From contig NW_013657585.1 of the NCBI RefSeq assembly GCF_000142905.1, positions 1 to 9,447 on the forward strand: DNA of 9,447 nucleotides, written 5' to 3'. Positions within the stretch are counted from its first letter, which is position 1. Each line of letters starts with the position of its first letter. The stretch comes from Thecamonas trahens ATCC 50062 (lineage: Eukaryota; Protista; Apusomonadida). The translations under genes were made by a program, and so were the position numbers. Shown here piece by piece: positions 6,021 through 9,447 of the stretch. The notes beneath the pieces were generated by a model. It ran no database searches. It was not told the origin of the DNA and was given only the letters and a program-made list of their open reading frames with translations.

Positions 6021-8190
6021 ATGGCATCTCGGTTTGCCGATGCCGAGGATGACGAGACGGTGGGCATGGCGAGCGGACCGATGGTATGTGACATACAGAA
6101 GCCCTTCACCCGTGCCCCCTCCCCCCCAGCCCACCCACACCCTTTACTTCCTTCATGTCACTTTTTGGTTACATGAAGTGCATGCGGTGGGGATGGCGGA
6201 GACGGGGAGGCCACCCGGTGTGGCCGTGAAGAACGGATTGAAGGCGGTGGATGGGCCATTGACTCGGCAGAGGTGGCGGAGCAGGGGCGGAGACGGACGA
6301 GAGGGATAGAGGGCGCGTATGATGTGGGATAGGGGTGGGATCAGGGGTGGGGGTGGTGGGGTGCATGGAGTAGATGGGGTGGGAAGAAGGGAGGTGATGG
6401 CAAAAGGAGCGCGTCTTACACGGCGTGGATGTGGTCGGTGGTGGCGGCGACAGGCGGCGGTCCGGGGCGGAGGCGCAGCGCTGGTGGCAGGGAGCGGTGG
6501 CGATGAGGCTGGGCAGGCTGGTGTGGATGAATCGGAGGAGGTGGCTCCTGCCACGGCTGTGCGGGCACCCAAGCCGGTGGTCATGATGTCCAAGGTGAAG
6601 GGCAACAAGCCGGTGCAGGCGGCGGCAGCGGAGCGCGGCGATGATGTGGCCGAACCCGAGGCATCGATGGAGGAGGAGTGGGACTCTGATGATCTGATGG
6701 ATCTGGAGGGTGACGAGTATGCGTTTGCGCAGGACTTTACGGTGGGCGGCGGGCGGACAGCGTCGAACAACAAGGGCGGCGGCGGCGGGCTGCAGCCGAC
6801 CAAGGCTTCGATGCAGCAGTTCTACACACGGATCGACGTCCGGCGCAAGGTGCAAGAGTCTGAGCGCAAGGCAGCAGGCAGCTCACGGCCCAAGACAAAG
6901 GACAAGGCGGATCGGGCAACGACTGAGCAGGTGCTCGACCCGCGGACTCGGATGATCATTTTCAAGATGCTGAACAAGGGCCTGTTTGATGAGATCAACG
7001 GATGCATCTCGACGGGCAAGGAGGCCAACGTGTACCACGCGCTGGGCGCCAATGGGCAGGGCTACGCGGTCAAGGTCTTCAAGACCTCGATTCTTGTCTT
7101 TAAGGACCGCGACAAGTACGTGACCGGCGAGTTCAGGTTCCGGCGCGGGTACTGCAAGTCGAACCCGCGCAAGATGGTCAAGGTGTGGGCCGAGAAAGAG
7201 ATGCGGAACCTGCTGCGGCTCAAGGCCGCGGGCATCCCGTGCCCGGACGCTGTGGCGCTCAAGCTCCACGTCCTCGTCATGACGTTTATCGGGCGCGACG
7301 GGTGGCCTGCGCCGCGGCTCAAGGACGCCAACATCTCGACCGAGCGGGCACAGTCGGTCTACGTGCAGCTGGTCAAGATCATGCGGACCATGTTTCATGT
7401 GTGCAAGCTGGTGCATGCCGACCTTTCCGAGTACAACATCCTGTACCACCGCAAGAAGCTGTACATCATCGATGTCTCGCAGAGTGTGGAGCACGACCAC
7501 CCGCACGCGCTCGACTTTCTGCGCTCCGACTGCACCAACGTCACCGAGTTCTTCAAGAAGCTCTCGCTCGAGCCGATGACCGCGCGCCAGTTGTTCGACT
7601 TTGTGACGGACCCAAACCTCGCCGACTCGCAGCTCGACGCGTACCTCGATGCCGTCCAGGCCTTCAACGCGCGCACGACGCGGACCGCCGGCGACGACGT
7701 CGCAGACAACGTTTTTATGAACGCGTACATCCCGCGCAACCTCGAGGAGGTCATCGACTACGAGCGCGACATCGACAAGCTCGAGGCCGGCATCAACGAC
7801 GGTATCTACTACGAAAAGCTCTTTGGCATGAAGCCATCGTTGCCCGGCGGCGCCGAGCTGCCTGCCGACGACGCCAGCGGTCTGCCCAACGGCGAGACCG
7901 CGGCCAAGACCGAGGCGGATGATGGCGCTGACGCCGGATCTGTCTCGATCCCGACTACGGTGCCGTCGATTGGCGACGGCGTGGGCGACGGGAAGGATGA
8001 TCCCGAGTACGAGTACGAAGAGTACGACGACGATCCGCTCAAGCGCAAGGTTCTGGACCCGGAGCTGCAGAAGACAATGACCAAGAAGGAGTGGAAGAAG
8101 CTGGTCAAGGAGCACAACCGGATCAAGCGGCAGAACAAGATCCCCAAGAAGGTTAAGAAGCGGCGGCATAAGCTGGCCAAGCAGCGGTAA
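6021..8190 (+). CDS. RIO1: Serine/threonine kinase RIO1 (40S maturation); exons 6021-6083, 6454-8190 (599 aa)
   Basis: Motifs KDKADRATTEQVLDPRTR, STGKEANVYH, KTSILVFKDRDKYV, LVHADLSEYNIL, IIDVSQSVEHDHP and the basic C-terminus KKLVKEHNRIKRQNKIPKKVKK. Exon 1 MASRFADAEDDE resembles the RIO1 N-terminal F-x-D-A motif. Phase-0 intron GTATGT...GACAG. Stop TAA at 8188-8190. Confidence 0.96.
6084..6453 (+). other. RIO1 intron (370 nt), C-rich start and G-rich remainder
   Basis: GTATGT donor; in-phase CAG at 6451-6453. The exact acceptor is not certain. Confidence 0.65.
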
Positions 8191-8207
8191 ACCCTCGCCC
8201 CCCCCCG

Positions 8208-8326
8208 NNNNNNNNNNNNNNNNNNNNNNNNNNNNNNNNNNNNNNNNNNNNNNNNNNNNNNNNNNNNNNNNNNNNNNNNNNNNNNNNNNNNNNNNNNNNN
8301 NNNNNNNNNNNNNNNNNNNNNNNNNN
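8208..8326. other. Assembly gap (119 N) between poly-C tracts
   Basis: Run of N flanked by C-rich low-complexity sequence. Confidence 1.
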
Positions 8327-8543
8327 CCCTTGGGTCTACCCGTACCCGCCCCCCCCCCCGCCCCCCCCCCCCCCACCCTTATCCCACCCAACCCCTCGAC
8401 TGGCCGCCGTTCATCCTCCACCCGAGTCGCTTACGCACGCCCACCACGACGCCAGCCAACCACCGCCACCCACGCCCACCCCACCTCACCCCACCCCACC
8501 CCAGAACAGGGACCGGAAAGAGAGCAGGGCGGGCAAGAGGGGC

Positions 8544-9447
8544 ATGTCGCTCAACAACAAAAGTCGTGGGGAGTGCAGGGGTATGCGGCGCGTGAGCGAG
8601 TGTACAAGGCCGAGCTGGCGGCGCGGAAGGAGGCCCAGCGGATCGAAGAGCTGAAGAAGGAACGGGAGGAGGAGGCCAAGCGGGAGGCACTGCGGCGGAT
8701 GAACAGGTCGACGAGCGGAAAGGACGATGGTCCGCAGCGGATCGAGTGGATGTATGCCACGCCCATGCAGGCTGCATCAGAGGATGACTACATGACAAAG
8801 GCTGCCGAGATGGAGGAGAAAGAGCTGAAGGAGGCCATCGCCAGGGAGAAGGCTGCACTCGCAGCCGCTCCGGGTGCTCTCTTTGTTGCCTCAAAGTCGG
8901 TCAACCAAGAGCTCGAGGCGCGCACCGTCGCCCGGGAGGATCCCATGTCCATCATCATGGCCAAGGCCACCGAGAAGCTGGCCAACCCGTCCAAGCGTCT
9001 GCTAGTCCACGCCGGCACCGGCGCAAACACCCTTCCGCTAGGCCCGCGCACTTTGATGGTTCCGGGTGCAGCCGTCACCAAGGATGCGCGTGAGCGCGAG
9101 CGCGAACGCTCCCGCTCGCGGTCCCGCGAGCGCGGTCATCATGGCCATGGCCGCTCGCGCCGACACTCGTCGCGCTCCCACCGCTCACACTCGCACCGCA
9201 GCCGCAACAAGACCAAGAGTAAGGACAAGAGTAAGAGCCACCACTCACGGTCCCATCGCTCACGCCGTTCACACCGCTCACACAGATCCCATCGCTCAGG
9301 CAGATCCCATCGCTCCCGCCGATCGCGCCGCACGCGGAGCGGGAGCAGGAGCAGTACCAAGAGCGGGAGCGGGAGTGGGAGCGGCTCGCACTCGTCCAGG
9401 TCAGGCTCGGCGTCTCTTGCCGCATCGCCTGCTGCCCCGGCTCAAGC
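8544..9447 (+). CDS. CWC25: Pre-mRNA splicing factor CWC25-like (CIR N-terminal domain), 3'-truncated by the window; apparent frameshift at 8559-8562
   Basis: The frame starting at 8561 is open to the window end, so it is absent from the ORF track. It reads KSWGVQGYAARERVYKAELAARKEAQRIEELKKEREEE...RIEWMY...DDYM...PGALF...VAREDPMSII, then an RS/RSH-rich tail. ATG 8544 gives MSLNNK in the adjacent frame. Confidence 0.82.
9088..9410 (+). repeat. Low-complexity RE/RS/RSH-coding repeats
   Basis: RERERERSRSRSR followed by many SHR/RSH triplets, e.g. repeated CAGATCCCATCGCTC. Confidence 0.85.

Noticed and set aside
6883-8421. Long - strand ORFs (also 4774-5535, 3115-3849, 2184-2816, 879-1529)
   Set aside because: Antisense shadows of high-GC3 genes; no recognisable motifs.

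Overview
GC-rich, gene-dense eukaryotic (protist-like) genomic DNA. It holds six + strand protein genes, five with short GT-AG introns that can be reconstructed by phase: (1) the 3' part of an NCS/calcineurin-B/calaxin-type EF-hand protein with a long Lys-rich repeat tail; (2) mitochondrial EF-Ts (3 exons); (3) a small secreted, probably SnoaL/NTF2-fold protein (2 exons); (4) an unusual GST-like + leucine-zipper + YbaK/ProX tRNA-editing-domain protein (2 exons) that resembles a multi-synthetase-complex scaffold; (5) RIO1 kinase (2 exons); and, after a 119-N gap, (6) the 5' part of a CWC25/CIR-N splicing factor with an apparent 1-nt frameshift near its start. Non-coding candidates are a box C/D snoRNA on the - strand (1570-1658) and an H/ACA-like guide hairpin (5869-5928). 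The whole window shows a saw-tooth C-rich/G-rich skew that also drives synonymous codon choice. All calls are by-eye pattern recognition; no searches were run, and comparisons to known proteins and RNAs are from memory.
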